Origin: Acidimicrobiales bacterium
GTDB lineage: Bacteria; Actinomycetota; Acidimicrobiia; Acidimicrobiales; VFJN01
NCBI GenBank assembly: GCA_035697515.1
Contig: DASSCS010000134.1
Coordinates: forward strand, 15,286-79,285
Direction: 5' to 3'
DNA length: 64,000 nt
Made by a program: the position numbers and the translations under genes. The notes beneath the pieces are model-generated. The model was given only the letters and a program-made list of their open reading frames with translations, ran no database searches and had not been told where the DNA came from. Positions within the stretch are counted from its first letter, which is position 1. Every line of letters starts with the position of its first letter. This document shows positions 10,001-18,849 of the stretch, piece by piece.

Positions 10001-11841
10001 GCGTTCAACGCGCCGTCGTCGTTGCGGTTGGGCATCGACCGCACGAGGGTGATGGTTTCGGTCGCCGTCACCCGGTACTGGTTGCGCGCTGCCCGCTCGA
10101 CGGTGAAGGCCCTGATGGTCCCGTCCATCTGGGCCACGTAGAGGCGGCCGTCGGGTCCGAACTGCAACGATGTCGGTGCCCCGATGCTCGCTCCGGACAG
10201 CAGCGACTTGCCGAACGAGGGGCCCGTGCCGCCGCTGGCGGGCGGGGCGGCGGTACCCGAGAGGGGAACGACCAACGGAGTGCCCGCCCCCGAGTGGGCG
10301 ACGGACAGCATCGCCGAACGCACGCCCGTCGCCGACGGGAGGAAGACGACCGTCACGGTGGTCGACTCGCCCGGTGCCAGCACCACATCTCCGGTGTCGT
10401 CGAAGCGATCGGCGAACATCTTCGCGTCCGGTCCGGAGATCGCGGTCGACGACACCGTCAGCGACCCGGACGTGCCGACGTTGGTGAGCACGACATCCTT
10501 GGTCCCCGTCAGCCCGACGGTGGCCTGCGGAAACTCGACCGTCGACGGCGCGGCCGCGAGCCACGCCGGCACCGCGTCGCCCGTGGTGACGACCTCGATC
10601 GCCTTCACGGAGGGGTTCTCCACGCCGGCGACGAACCGGATGTCCACCGAACCGTCGGACACGGCGGGTGCGGACAGCACGAGGCCCTTGTTCGCCCCGA
10701 CGCGGGCGAACACGTCGATGTCACGGAACGCGAGCGCGCCGTCGACCTTCACGTCGAAGACCCGGCCGCCCACGACCTGGGCACCCCCGTACATCTCGGC
10801 GAGGTACAGACGCACCTCGACCGGAGTGCCGCTCGGCACCGGCAACGAATAGGTGAGGTCGGGCGACGCGGGCAGGTCGTTGCGCTCGGATTGGAAGATC
10901 TGCATGGGTGTCCCCGCCGGCACCGAGGGGTGCGACAGGTCCACGGTGGCGCCCCAGCTCGCCACCGCATTGCCGGTTGCGACGCCGTTCCCGTAGGGGG
11001 ATGGCGACGCCAAAGAATCCTCGGACCAGCTCGGCGAGGCCGACGCCGGCGGGCCGCCGGCGTTGATCCGGTAGAGCACGGCGTGGGGCGCAGACCCGTC
11101 GGCCTCGCCCGACAACGGGATCGAGAGCGGTGTGTTGGTGCCGGTGTGGGTGACCACCATCCGTGCCGAGCGGGATCCGGAGGCGGTCGGCGAGAAGGCC
11201 ACCGTCACCGTCGTGGAGTTGCCGGGACCCAACGTGACCGGCGACCCGCCGGTGAGGTCACCGGAGAACATCGTCGCATCGGGACCCGAGATCTCGGCCG
11301 ACTGGATGGTGAGCGAGCCGGAGGCGCCCCCGTTGCGAAGCACCACGTCCTGGCTGGTGCTCTGACCGACGGCCGTCGTGGCGAAGCTGAGCGAGGCGGG
11401 CGACGCCTGGAGCGGCGTCGCGCCCGCGTCAGGGGTGGTGGCGGTGCCCGAGAGCGGAATGCTCAGCGGGCCGCTCCCCGAGTGGTTGGCCTGCAGCGTT
11501 GCGGTCCGCGCCCCGGCCGCGCTCGGCGAGAAGACCACCGTGACCGTGGTGGACTCGGCCGGCTGCAGGACCACCGACGATTCGTCGTCGAACTGGTCCG
11601 CGAACATCGTGGCGTCAGGCCCCGAGATCCCCATCGACTCGATCGTGAGCGCACCGGACTCCGCGACGTTGGTGATCACCACCTGCTCGGTCGCCGACTG
11701 CCCCACCGCGGTGTCGGGAAAGACCAGCGATGCCGGTGACGCCTGGGGCTCGCCGCTCGTGGGTGTCGCGCAGGCGACAAGTGCCGCGGTCACTGCCACG
11801 GCAAAGGCCAGCCATGGTGCCCTGCAGCCTCGTCGGTACAC
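7078..11841 (-). CDS. Large multi-domain lipoprotein (~1587 aa): 3 Ig-like choice-of-anchor-D/ASH repeats, malectin domain, sugar-dehydrogenase-like beta-propeller, TSP3-like Ca-binding repeats, lectin-like C-terminal domains
   Basis: GAGGAGG RBS then GTG at 11841; LVAC lipobox; three homologous ~100-aa repeats; LYRINAGG...GGRVFDVKVDG (malectin); PTSLQFGPDGRLYVA...GFRNPYDL; DEDGDG/DADGDGISD repeats. Confidence 0.8.
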   Translation of the reverse strand: MYRRGCRAPWLAFAVAVTAALVACATPTSGEPQASPASLVFPDTAVGQSATEQVVITNVAESGALTIESMGISGPDATMFADQFDDESSVVLQPAESTTVTVVFSPSAAGARTATLQANHSGSGPLSIPLSGTATTPDAGATPLQASPASLSFATTAVGQSTSQDVVLRNGGASGSLTIQSAEISGPDATMFSGDLTGGSPVTLGPGNSTTVTVAFSPTASGSRSARMVVTHTGTNTPLSIPLSGEADGSAPHAVLYRINAGGPPASASPSWSEDSLASPSPYGNGVATGNAVASWGATVDLSHPSVPAGTPMQIFQSERNDLPASPDLTYSLPVPSGTPVEVRLYLAEMYGGAQVVGGRVFDVKVDGALAFRDIDVFARVGANKGLVLSAPAVSDGSVDIRFVAGVENPSVKAIEVVTTGDAVPAWLAAAPSTVEFPQATVGLTGTKDVVLTNVGTSGSLTVSSTAISGPDAKMFADRFDDTGDVVLAPGESTTVTVVFLPSATGVRSAMLSVAHSGAGTPLVVPLSGTAAPPASGGTGPSFGKSLLSGASIGAPTSLQFGPDGRLYVAQMDGTIRAFTVERAARNQYRVTATETITLVRSMPNRNDDGALNASVTTRLVTGIAVTGTAQSPEIYVVSSDPRIGAGTAGVDLNLDTNSGVLSRLRKVTGGWQKVDLVRGLPRSEENHTGNGVVVDPATNTLLIAQGGNTNRGAPSHNFALLPEFALSAAIISVDLDAIGSSTYDLPTLDDEARPGSPDANDPFGGNNGKNQARIVPGGPVQIYAPGFRNPYDLVMTESGNMYTIDNGGNAGWGGPAQPDDASGTCTNSPFEPSDSDRDPLIRIPEPGFYGGHPNPTRANRANTFNASNPQSPVLSSHPVECDYRTEAERGAMASFGFSTNGLDEYTASNFGGAMRGDLLAASHNDTIYRIQLNAAGTAVTSTTPLFSSAAALPLDVTALGDDSPFPGTIWVADLQGNAVGVFEPEDFACTGGDDPALDEDGDGFSNADEIDNATNPCSAADVPPDADGDGISDLNDPDDDNDALPDTADPFAVDANNGRSTALPVVHTWDNDAPPAGGLLGLGFTGLMTDASTNYASLYDPSKMTAGGAAGVVTVDEVSDGDALGATNTQQYGFQHGIDVSGTTGPFVVHTRLPAPFSGTTPTGAQSYGVFVGTGGQDDYVKLAVSANNGAGGFALVKEVAGSPAAVTAPGPTWPIASAVDLYLRVDPGAGTVQASYSIDGAAPVAVGGLQAVPTSWFSRAVAPAVGIISTSAGAAPPFPATWDFLEVQPAPATAPSTTITVGAAGLNSSTFTSGSFRIANGSTGGQQISSVRFDLSPSVLPDLVFDPDGAGGDTLGKGFTVDSNPGVGTIGHSFSGSHDGGFDVLNATFTDFGPGETLTFSADIDPTSIKGSSPPGPGEAGSVSGLELTAASVTVTYEDGTAQTGRLYRTSGSLGQSEVRLAGTERPTPSLAVVGVPSTPAVVAQAAQTVQVTGPAGASVRLVQVEGALFTAGLPGGGFDIDPFEANSVVAVREYTGTIGPTGSVDIAVTLTSSVAGGGSNRLVAVVADASGTGPTSNVAVLQLG

Positions 11842-12132
11842 GCCGCCTCCTCTGGGGAGTGCGAGTGGACAGCGCAAAGCAGGCTCGTGCGAAGACCGGC
11901 CCACCTTGTCCGCCCAGCACCGACATCCCCCGCTTTGGTTGACCACTCTCCGCGCTGTGCTGCCCCGTTTGTACTCCGTGTGTGAAGGCAGCGCCACTGT
12001 TTGCGCCCAAAGCCCTGAGGGCGGTCTCACAGCGCTGTTCCGTGGCCAACTCCACCGGGCGCGGCGAGCTCTGCTCTCTCCTCCGATCTTCCTTGAGGTC
12101 GTAGTGAAGGTGCCCTGCTCAGGACGGTCGGT

Positions 12133-12993
12133 CTACTGCTCGGAGGAGGCGTCCTGGCGGGTGGCGATGGCGTCGAGAACGGCCTGGACGGCTCGTTGAC
12201 CGGCCGCGTCGTCGGTGACCACCTGGAACTGTCCGTTGCGCACCTCGTGGAAGATCGGTGCGTAGTGGTCGCCACCGGTGAGCTGGATGAGGTCGACGTG
12301 GTAGCCCGCGTCGCCCAAGGCACTGGCAAGCCGCTGCGACTGCCATGCTGGGCAGTTCGTGTCCTGCTCACCCGCGAGCAGGTAGACGTCGGCGCCCTTG
12401 TTCCCCAAGCTGGACACGTCGTCGAACCAGGTGACCGGCCTGCCCTCGTATTCGTAGTAGCAGCCGGAGATGCCGACGACGACGTCCGGGGGAGCCGTGT
12501 CGCCAGGGCACGGGTCGTCCGGGGAGCGGTCGGACAGGCCACCGAGGACCGCGAAGTCGGCGCCCAACGACCATCCCAGGGCGGTGATCGGCTGGGTGAG
12601 GTCCCCACCGTGTTGGGAAGCGGTGGTGCGAGCGAACCGGTAGCCGCACGCGAGGTCGTAGCCGGCCCGGTTGAGGCCGTCCGGTGTGGTGAGGTCATCG
12701 CTGCGGTAGGTCGGAGCGAACACGACCATGCCGGCCCTGGCCAGTCGAGTCGCGAATTCACCCATGTCCTGGCCTGATCCATCGATCCCGTGCAAGGCCA
12801 CGATGACGGGTGATGTGCCTGTGCCCTGCGGTGCAAACACATGGATGTCTTGGGTCGTCGCGTCCGACACCACCTGTGAGGTCACCGAGGACTCGCCATC
12901 GCGAGCGTCGTCGTCGTCCCCGCACCCCAGAGCCAACAACGCGGTGCACAACACCGTCATCCCCACCCGCACCAAGCCAGCCATACTCGCCAT
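12133..12993 (-). CDS. Alpha/beta hydrolase lipoprotein (esterase-like)
   Basis: LALGC lipobox, ALHG, GWSLG nucleophile elbow, candidate Asp (GEQD) and His (GDHY); GGGAGG RBS. Confidence 0.85.
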   Translation of the reverse strand: MASMAGLVRVGMTVLCTALLALGCGDDDDARDGESSVTSQVVSDATTQDIHVFAPQGTGTSPVIVALHGIDGSGQDMGEFATRLARAGMVVFAPTYRSDDLTTPDGLNRAGYDLACGYRFARTTASQHGGDLTQPITALGWSLGADFAVLGGLSDRSPDDPCPGDTAPPDVVVGISGCYYEYEGRPVTWFDDVSSLGNKGADVYLLAGEQDTNCPAWQSQRLASALGDAGYHVDLIQLTGGDHYAPIFHEVRNGQFQVVTDDAAGQRAVQAVLDAIATRQDASSEQ

Positions 12994-13189
12994 GGCGACC
13001 CTCCCATCTCAGCCGCTAGGAAGCGCCTGGGCACCGCGCAGACCGGCAACCGTCATCACGATGGCCCCCACCGAGTTCGCACCTCCGCGGAGCTTCGTCA
13101 CCGATCACCGCGTGAGGATGAACGGGAGCAACCTTCGGATGTGAGAGCACTTCGGCCTGACCTTCGAGGACCTTGGCCCACCGCCGGCC

Positions 13190-13478
13190 TCCCGTCGCGA
13201 CCATCTCATCGAGTCGCCACGCATGCGCGAGACCGGGAACTTCGGCAGCGACTCAATCCCCCGGGACTTCACCAGGCCGTCGATGCGGCGGGTAGACACA
13301 CCGCGGGCGTAGCACTCGGCCACCACCGCCACGAGGGCCGTCTCGGCCCGGCGGCTCGGGTCGAGAAGGCAGCCCGGGAAGTAGCTGCCCCGCCAGGGCT
13401 TCGGGATCGCCATGTCGATCGACCCGACCCTGGTGTCAAACGCGACGCAGCCGGCAGTTCCAGGCCATTGATCTGGTT
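13190..13478 (-). mobile_element. IS256-family transposase remnant (frameshifted internal fragment)
   Basis: NQ.NG / FDTRVGSIDMAIPK..GSYFP..LL...RRAE.ALVAVVAECY.RGVSTRR.DGLVK..GI / VSRM / LDEMVA spread over several frames. Confidence 0.85.
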
Positions 13479-13482
13479 GTTT

Positions 13483-13516
13483 CGGGGCGCGGCGCCCCCT
13501 CGGGCGGCGCGCCCCG
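13483..13516 (-). terminator. GC-rich hairpin downstream of the tautomerase gene
   Basis: ~14-15-bp stem with one mismatch and a 4-nt loop; no clear U-tract. Confidence 0.45.
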
Positions 13517-13533
13517 GCCCGGCTCGTTTGGCG

Positions 13534-13764
13534 TTACACCGCGGCGTGCTGTCCGGCGGCCAGGTTCTTCACGTCGGTGGTGGTGAGGGTGTTGCCACCC
13601 ATGCCCCAGTCACCGCTGTGCACTTCCTCGATGACGCACCACGTCACGGGCCGCATGTTCTCGCCCTCGATGCTGACCATGGCATCGGTGAGCTTCTCCA
13701 CGATCTCCCGCTTCTGGGCGGCGTCGAACACGCCTTCGATCAGCTTCACGTTGATGAACGGCAT
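13534..13764 (-). CDS. 4-oxalocrotonate tautomerase family protein
   Basis: Met-Pro start (catalytic Pro1), PFINVKLIEG, QKREIVEKLTDAMV, WGMGG; AAGGAG RBS. Confidence 0.92.
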   Translation of the reverse strand: MPFINVKLIEGVFDAAQKREIVEKLTDAMVSIEGENMRPVTWCVIEEVHSGDWGMGGNTLTTTDVKNLAAGQHAAV

Positions 13765-13899
13765 TTCGAGTCTCCTTCGGTCGCGTCGACCCTCGACGCG
13801 CAACCCCAAGGCGTGAGCACACCGTTACGGGAAGAACTTTCACGGTTACATCGGCGCCGGTGCGGTGGACCACCTGTTCGGGAACACCCCAGGGGTGCG

Positions 13900-14081
13900 A
13901 TGAACGACGGAACCGGTGAGACGCTCGTGGACGGCGCACCGGAGGGGCCGCAGTTGGCGACTGGCAACAGGCCTACGACTTTCTGGTGGAGGCGGACGCG
14001 GACGGTCTCCTCGGTGCCACCGATCTGCCGCCACATGCCGAGGTCGCCTATGCGGCAGGGCCCCGGGCTTCGGCGCAATGA
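13900..14081 (+). pseudogene. Truncated, frameshifted N-terminus of a probable LuxR/TPR-type regulator
   Basis: MNDGTGETLVD, then in another frame GDWQQAYDFLVEADADGLLGATDLPPHAEVAYAAG followed by a stop; family assignment from memory. Confidence 0.4.
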
Positions 14082-14217
14082 CGTCGAAGCGCACTTCAGT
14101 CAGCCGGTGCCGTGGAGCCGGCGGTCAGGGAGACCTCGCGGCGAGCTGGGACGCTGTGGTGAGCACCGGCAGAGCGATCACGCGGCGGCTGCTGGTCGCG
14201 TGAGCAGACTGTGGGCC

Positions 14218-14892
14218 GTGGATCTGTTGGCAATGTTGGGTCGTCGCACACCTGCTGTGCCGGTCGGCACCTATACGACGTGGTCGTGGCCGCCGACGCC
14301 GACGGGGTACGCCGAGTTCCGCTGGACGCTCGAGCCGCGCACCGATCCCTCGCCTGTGGGCTACTTCTGGAGCCATCAGGTGGCGCTGGTTGGCGGTGAG
14401 GCCGCCTACGTCGGGCTGCAGACGGTGGGCTCGGAGCCCGCCGGCAAGATCGCGATCTTCTCCGTCTGGCGCGGGATCGACGCGGAGGGCCCTGACTACG
14501 CCGCGTCCTTCGGCGGGGAGGGCACCGGGATGACGGTCAGGATCCGCTACGGGTGGGTGCCGGGTCGCCGCGAGCGCTTGGCGCTGCGAGCCGACGGTGA
14601 CGGCTGGTGGCGCGCCGAGGTGGAAGGCCGGCTGGTCGGCCGCATCCGCGTGGACCCGGCGTGGCGCGGCCTGGCGCCGACGTCGATCATGTGGTCCGAG
14701 CGCTACACGCCGCCGCTGCGCACTTGCGCCGACATGGGGTATGCCGTCGCTTGGTTCGGCACGCCGTTGGCTGACGGTGGCGTGGGGCCACGGCACCATC
14801 ACAATCATCTCGGGGCGAACCGGGGCTGCCCCGGCTCGTCGGTGCGCGACACCGAGGGCGGCGTGCTGCACGTCATGGGCGCGCCAGGCTGA
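14218..14892 (+). CDS. DUF3472-like beta-sandwich protein
   Basis: GYFWSHQ, YVGLQT, KIAIFSVW, FGGEGTG, RYGW motifs; predicted leaderless GTG 7 nt after CAGACT. Confidence 0.55.
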   Translation: MDLLAMLGRRTPAVPVGTYTTWSWPPTPTGYAEFRWTLEPRTDPSPVGYFWSHQVALVGGEAAYVGLQTVGSEPAGKIAIFSVWRGIDAEGPDYAASFGGEGTGMTVRIRYGWVPGRRERLALRADGDGWWRAEVEGRLVGRIRVDPAWRGLAPTSIMWSERYTPPLRTCADMGYAVAWFGTPLADGGVGPRHHHNHLGANRGCPGSSVRDTEGGVLHVMGAPG

Positions 14893-15176
14893 GCGGGCAA
14901 GGGGTGCCGCTGGTGACCATCCAGCGAGCCGCCGACCGACGCCTGGCGTCGAACGAGCAATGGCGTCACACGGCGCTTCCGATGTGCCGAAGCTCGGGCC
15001 GCCCGCCGGTGCGGTACGACGATCGGCATCCGACGAAACGGTCTGCACGCCGTCAGGGCGTCGGAGTCTCGACGTGTTCGACCACCTGACGAAATCCGAT
15101 CTGGTTGATCGGGAATAGCTCCGGGTCGTCATGCGGTTGGGACACGGGACTGCCCATCGACCCGGGAGGTCGCACC

Positions 15177-16097
15177 ATGCCGAAGGCAGTTCGCTTCGAC
15201 CACTACGGCGGCGTCGACGTGCTCGACGTGCGCGAGGTTCCCCGCCCGGCGCCTGGCCCCGGCGAGGTGCTCGTCCGAGTCCGGGCCGCGGGGATCAACC
15301 CGGGCGAGGCCGCCGTCCGCGAGGGCCTGGTGCACGACCGGTGGCCCGCCACATTCCCGTCCGGCCAGGGCAGCGACCTCGCCGGCGTGGTCGAGGAGGT
15401 GGGGGCGGACGTCTCCGGGGTCGCCCCCGGCGACGAGGTGATCGGCTACACCCACGAGCGGGCCAGCCAGGCCGAGCTCGTCGTCGTCGAGGCCGGGCAC
15501 CTGACCACCAAGCCCCCGGGCGTGCCGTGGGAGGTCGCCGGCGCGCTTTTCGTCGTCGGCACCACCGCCTGGGCGGCCGTGCACGCGGTGGCGCCCGAGA
15601 AGGGCGAGACGGTGGTGGTATCAGGGGCGGCCGGCGGCGTCGGGACGCTCGCCGTCCAGCTGGCCGGCGCGGCCGGCGCGACCGTGATCGGTCTGGCGAG
15701 CCCGCCGCACCACGACTGGCTGCGCGAGCACGGCGCCATCCCGGTGGAATACGGCGACGGCGTCGCCGACCGCATCCGGTCGGCCGCGGGCGGAGCGGTG
15801 GACGCCCTCGTGGACACGTATGGGGGCGGCTACGTGGACCTGGCAATCGAGCTCGGCGTGGCTCCCGAGCGGATCGACACCATCATCGACTGGGGTGCGG
15901 CCGAGCGGCACGGGGTGCGCACCGAGGGAAACACGGCCGGGGCCCGGCCCGAGGTGCTGGCCGAGCTGGCGGAGCTGATCGCCGCAGGACGACTGGAGGT
16001 GCCGATCGCCGCCACCTACCCGCTCGACCGGGTGCGCGACGCCTACCGCGAGGTGGAGGAACGGCATACGTTGGGCAAGATCGTCCTCGTCCCCTGA
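15177..16097 (+). CDS. NADP-dependent oxidoreductase (MDR / quinone reductase family)
   Basis: MPKAVRFDHYGG, GSDLAGVV, VSGAAGGVG, H..GKIVL; GGAGG RBS. Confidence 0.9.
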   Translation: MPKAVRFDHYGGVDVLDVREVPRPAPGPGEVLVRVRAAGINPGEAAVREGLVHDRWPATFPSGQGSDLAGVVEEVGADVSGVAPGDEVIGYTHERASQAELVVVEAGHLTTKPPGVPWEVAGALFVVGTTAWAAVHAVAPEKGETVVVSGAAGGVGTLAVQLAGAAGATVIGLASPPHHDWLREHGAIPVEYGDGVADRIRSAAGGAVDALVDTYGGGYVDLAIELGVAPERIDTIIDWGAAERHGVRTEGNTAGARPEVLAELAELIAAGRLEVPIAATYPLDRVRDAYREVEERHTLGKIVLVP

Positions 16098-16486
16098 GCG
16101 GCCGGGCCTGCTCGCCGTGGCGTGCTCCGGCGACGACCCGAGGCGACCTCGCGGTCAAGCGGGGCGGTTGGCTGACCCTCGGGCGTCCGTGCCGCCGGCC
16201 GATCTCACCGCCGCTCCGGCGTGCATGCGTCGCGGAACCCGCAACGATCGAACGCCGGAAGCACGCCCATCCGAGCGCCCGCCGCCGGTGGGCTCCGACG
16301 GCCGTTCGAGCCGGAGCTGAGGAGGCAAGCGTGACCGTGTGTTGGAGCTGACGTGACGCGACGAATCCGTCGGTTGGGCGCGGTCCTACCTGTGGACTGG
16401 ACATCACCACACGGAGGAGCTTGTGTCCCGACGAGAGTTCGTTCCCAGGCCGGCCTGGTGTTAGTCGGGTCAGCTGGCGCCAGTCG

Positions 16487-17527
16487 ATGACTTCTCCCGA
16501 CGCGCATCGTCCGAACCAGATCGACAGCACACGGCTCAGCCTCGAACGGGACATCGAGGCCCATCGACACCAGCTCACGGCCTACTGCTACCGAATGCTC
16601 GGCTCGATCTTCGAGGCCGAAGACGCCGTGCAGGAGACGATGCTGCGCGCGTGGCGAAGCGCCGCTACGTACGAGGGTCGTGCCCCGCTGCGGTCCTGGC
16701 TGTATCGGATCGCGACCAACGTGTGCCTCGACAGTCTGAACGGTCGGCAGAGGCGGGCCTTGCCGATGGATCTCGGTGCGCCGTCTGCGGGGGACCAGGC
16801 GTCAGCGTCCGAGCCGGTCGAGATGCCGTGGATCCAGCCGTTTCCCGATCGGGCTGGCCTGGCGGCCGATGACCCGGGGGATGCGGTTGCCGTCCGCGAC
16901 ACGATTCGACTCGCGTTCGTCGCGGCGTTGCAGCATCTCGACTCGCGGCCGAGGGCGGTGCTCATCCTGCGTGACGTGCTCGCCTGGCCTGCGGTCGAAG
17001 TCGCCGAGCTGCTCGAGATGACGCCGACGGCGGTGCACAGCATGTTGCTGCGCGGTCGTCGGACGATCGCCTCCCGAACGGGTCCGATGGACGCCAGGCG
17101 CGGGCGCGGAACCGTCGACGAGCAACTGGTCGCGAAGTACGTCGACGCGTTCGCGCGCCACGACGTCGGCACTCTGGTGGCACTTCTCCACCACGACGCC
17201 GTGTTCTCCATGCCCCCACTCCCGCGATGGATGCGTGGCCCGCTCGCCATCGGTACGTGGTGGCGTCAGGAGCTCTGCAGGGACAAGACCCTCGTGCGAA
17301 CCGCCGCCAACGGCAGCGCGGCGTTCGGCGTCTACGAACCAGCCGCCAATGGAGTGTTCGAGGCGTTCGGCATCCAGGTCCTCGAGATGGCCGACGGACG
17401 AATCACGGGGATCCACACCTTCATCGACGCGGCGCTGTTCACGCGGTTCGGTCTGCCCCTCGCCCTTGACCCTCATGCGGGACAGCCGACGGTTGTCCCT
17501 CCCACCGTCCTACCGGTCGACAGTTGA
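16487..17527 (+). CDS. ECF sigma-70 factor, SigG-like, with C-terminal SnoaL-like domain
   Basis: YCYRMLGSIFEAEDAVQET, WLYRIATNVC, LAFVAALQHL, YVDAFARHDV; alternative TTG start at 16421. Confidence 0.9.
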   Translation: MTSPDAHRPNQIDSTRLSLERDIEAHRHQLTAYCYRMLGSIFEAEDAVQETMLRAWRSAATYEGRAPLRSWLYRIATNVCLDSLNGRQRRALPMDLGAPSAGDQASASEPVEMPWIQPFPDRAGLAADDPGDAVAVRDTIRLAFVAALQHLDSRPRAVLILRDVLAWPAVEVAELLEMTPTAVHSMLLRGRRTIASRTGPMDARRGRGTVDEQLVAKYVDAFARHDVGTLVALLHHDAVFSMPPLPRWMRGPLAIGTWWRQELCRDKTLVRTAANGSAAFGVYEPAANGVFEAFGIQVLEMADGRITGIHTFIDAALFTRFGLPLALDPHAGQPTVVPPTVLPVDS

Positions 17528-17536
17528 GGACCGAAC

Positions 17537-17971
17537 ATGCCGACGCCGCACCGATCTCCGAGGGCACCGTCGTCGGGCTCGTCGGCTTCGACAGTGCCCG
17601 ATGACCGCAAACGGTCGGCGGCCAACGCTGACCTTGCCGCGGTCGACCGTCTCTGCCGGATGCAACTCGAGGCTCATCGGCTGGGTTGCCGGATCATCCT
17701 GGGCGACGGCGACGAGCGGCTCCGGGACCTGACGGCCTTCGTCGGCATAGCCGACCTCTTCGACCCCCTGCCGAGCGCCGAGGTCGGACAACCGACGAAC
17801 GACGTCGCGTCGAGCACCGGTCAGGCCGAGTCCGCCGCGGCGCGTCATTCGGACCGGCACGATGAGGGGAACGCAGCGCTGGAGCCGGACGATGTCGATC
17901 CGCCAGTACGCGATGCGCCGTGCGACGGGTTCCCCCGCGCGACCGTTCAACCCCGGCCCGAGCCTCCGTGA
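17537..17971 (+). CDS. STAS-like (anti-sigma antagonist-like) protein, termini possibly degenerate
   Basis: DLAAVDRLCRMQLEAHRLGCRI...LRDLTAFVGIADL core. Confidence 0.55.
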   Translation: MPTPHRSPRAPSSGSSASTVPDDRKRSAANADLAAVDRLCRMQLEAHRLGCRIILGDGDERLRDLTAFVGIADLFDPLPSAEVGQPTNDVASSTGQAESAAARHSDRHDEGNAALEPDDVDPPVRDAPCDGFPRATVQPRPEPP

Positions 17972-18166
17972 CGGTCGTGCCGACCCTCGTGCCACACCGC
18001 GAGCTCCCTCCGGCGGCCACGCGAGCCGGCGCGGTGACGGGCTCGATCGGGCGGTGGTAGCGATGTCGCCACGCCCGCGCACCAGCTAGACAACGGATCG
18101 CCGGGCGGCGTCACTCGATCGTTGTGTGCAGTGCCAGGAAGCAGCAGCAGGAGGGGGATACGCGCC

Positions 18167-18849
18167 ATGCGCGTCTTCGTGACCGGCGCAACAGGCGCCA
18201 TCGGCTCGGCGCTCGTCTCGCAACTCGTGGAGCGAGGGCATGACGTCGCCGCCACGGCGCGATCGCCGGAAGACGTCGGTCGTGGAGGCGATGGGCGCAA
18301 CGTTCGTCGTGCTCGACGTGCTGGACGGCGTTGCTGTCGGCGAGGCGGTGGCGCGGGTGCAGCCGGAGGTGATCGTCCACCAGGCCACGGCGTTGTCGGG
18401 TACACCCGACCTCCGACGATTCGACCGTTGGTTCGCGACCACCAACCAGCTGCGGACGGAGGGCACCGACCACCTGCCGCCGCCCGAGCGACGGGCGTCA
18501 GGCGGTTCGTGGCCCAGAGCTACACCGGGTGGACGAAGACGCCGCCGCGGCCACGGTGACCGCGGTGGAACGCGGGGACCGAGGGATCTACAACGTCGTC
18601 GACGACGAACCCGCTCCTGTGTCGGCGTGGTTGCCGCCGCTCGCCGAGGCGGTCGGTGCGGCGTCGCCGCTGCGGATCCCGCGCTGGGTTGGCCGGCTCG
18701 CCGCCGGCGCTGTCCCGGTGAGGTGGATGACGGAGGGTCGCGGCTCATCAAACGCGAGGATCAAGCGATCGCTGGGGTGGCAGCCGCGCTGGGCCAGCTG
18801 GCGCGACGGCTTCCGCGAAGGCCTGAGCGCCGTCGCTCGACTGGAATGA
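18167..18849 (+). pseudogene. NAD-dependent epimerase/dehydratase pseudogene
   Basis: MRVFVTGATGAIG start; frame breaks near 18270, 18478 and 18532; segment between SYTGW and DAAAATV missing; C-terminus SNARIKRSLGWQPRW intact. Confidence 0.85.

Noticed and set aside
11842-12132. Possible cyclic-dinucleotide riboswitch in the long leader of the giant lipoprotein
   Set aside because: No recognisable c-di-GMP-I/II or c-di-AMP consensus elements.
13141-14217. N-terminal 359 codons of the 583-aa ORF 13141-14892
   Set aside because: Runs antisense through the IS256 scar and tautomerase gene; only the part from about 14218 is protein-like.
14960-15118. Small ORF MASHGASDVPK...VDRE
   Set aside because: No RBS, weak codon bias, no recognisable motif.
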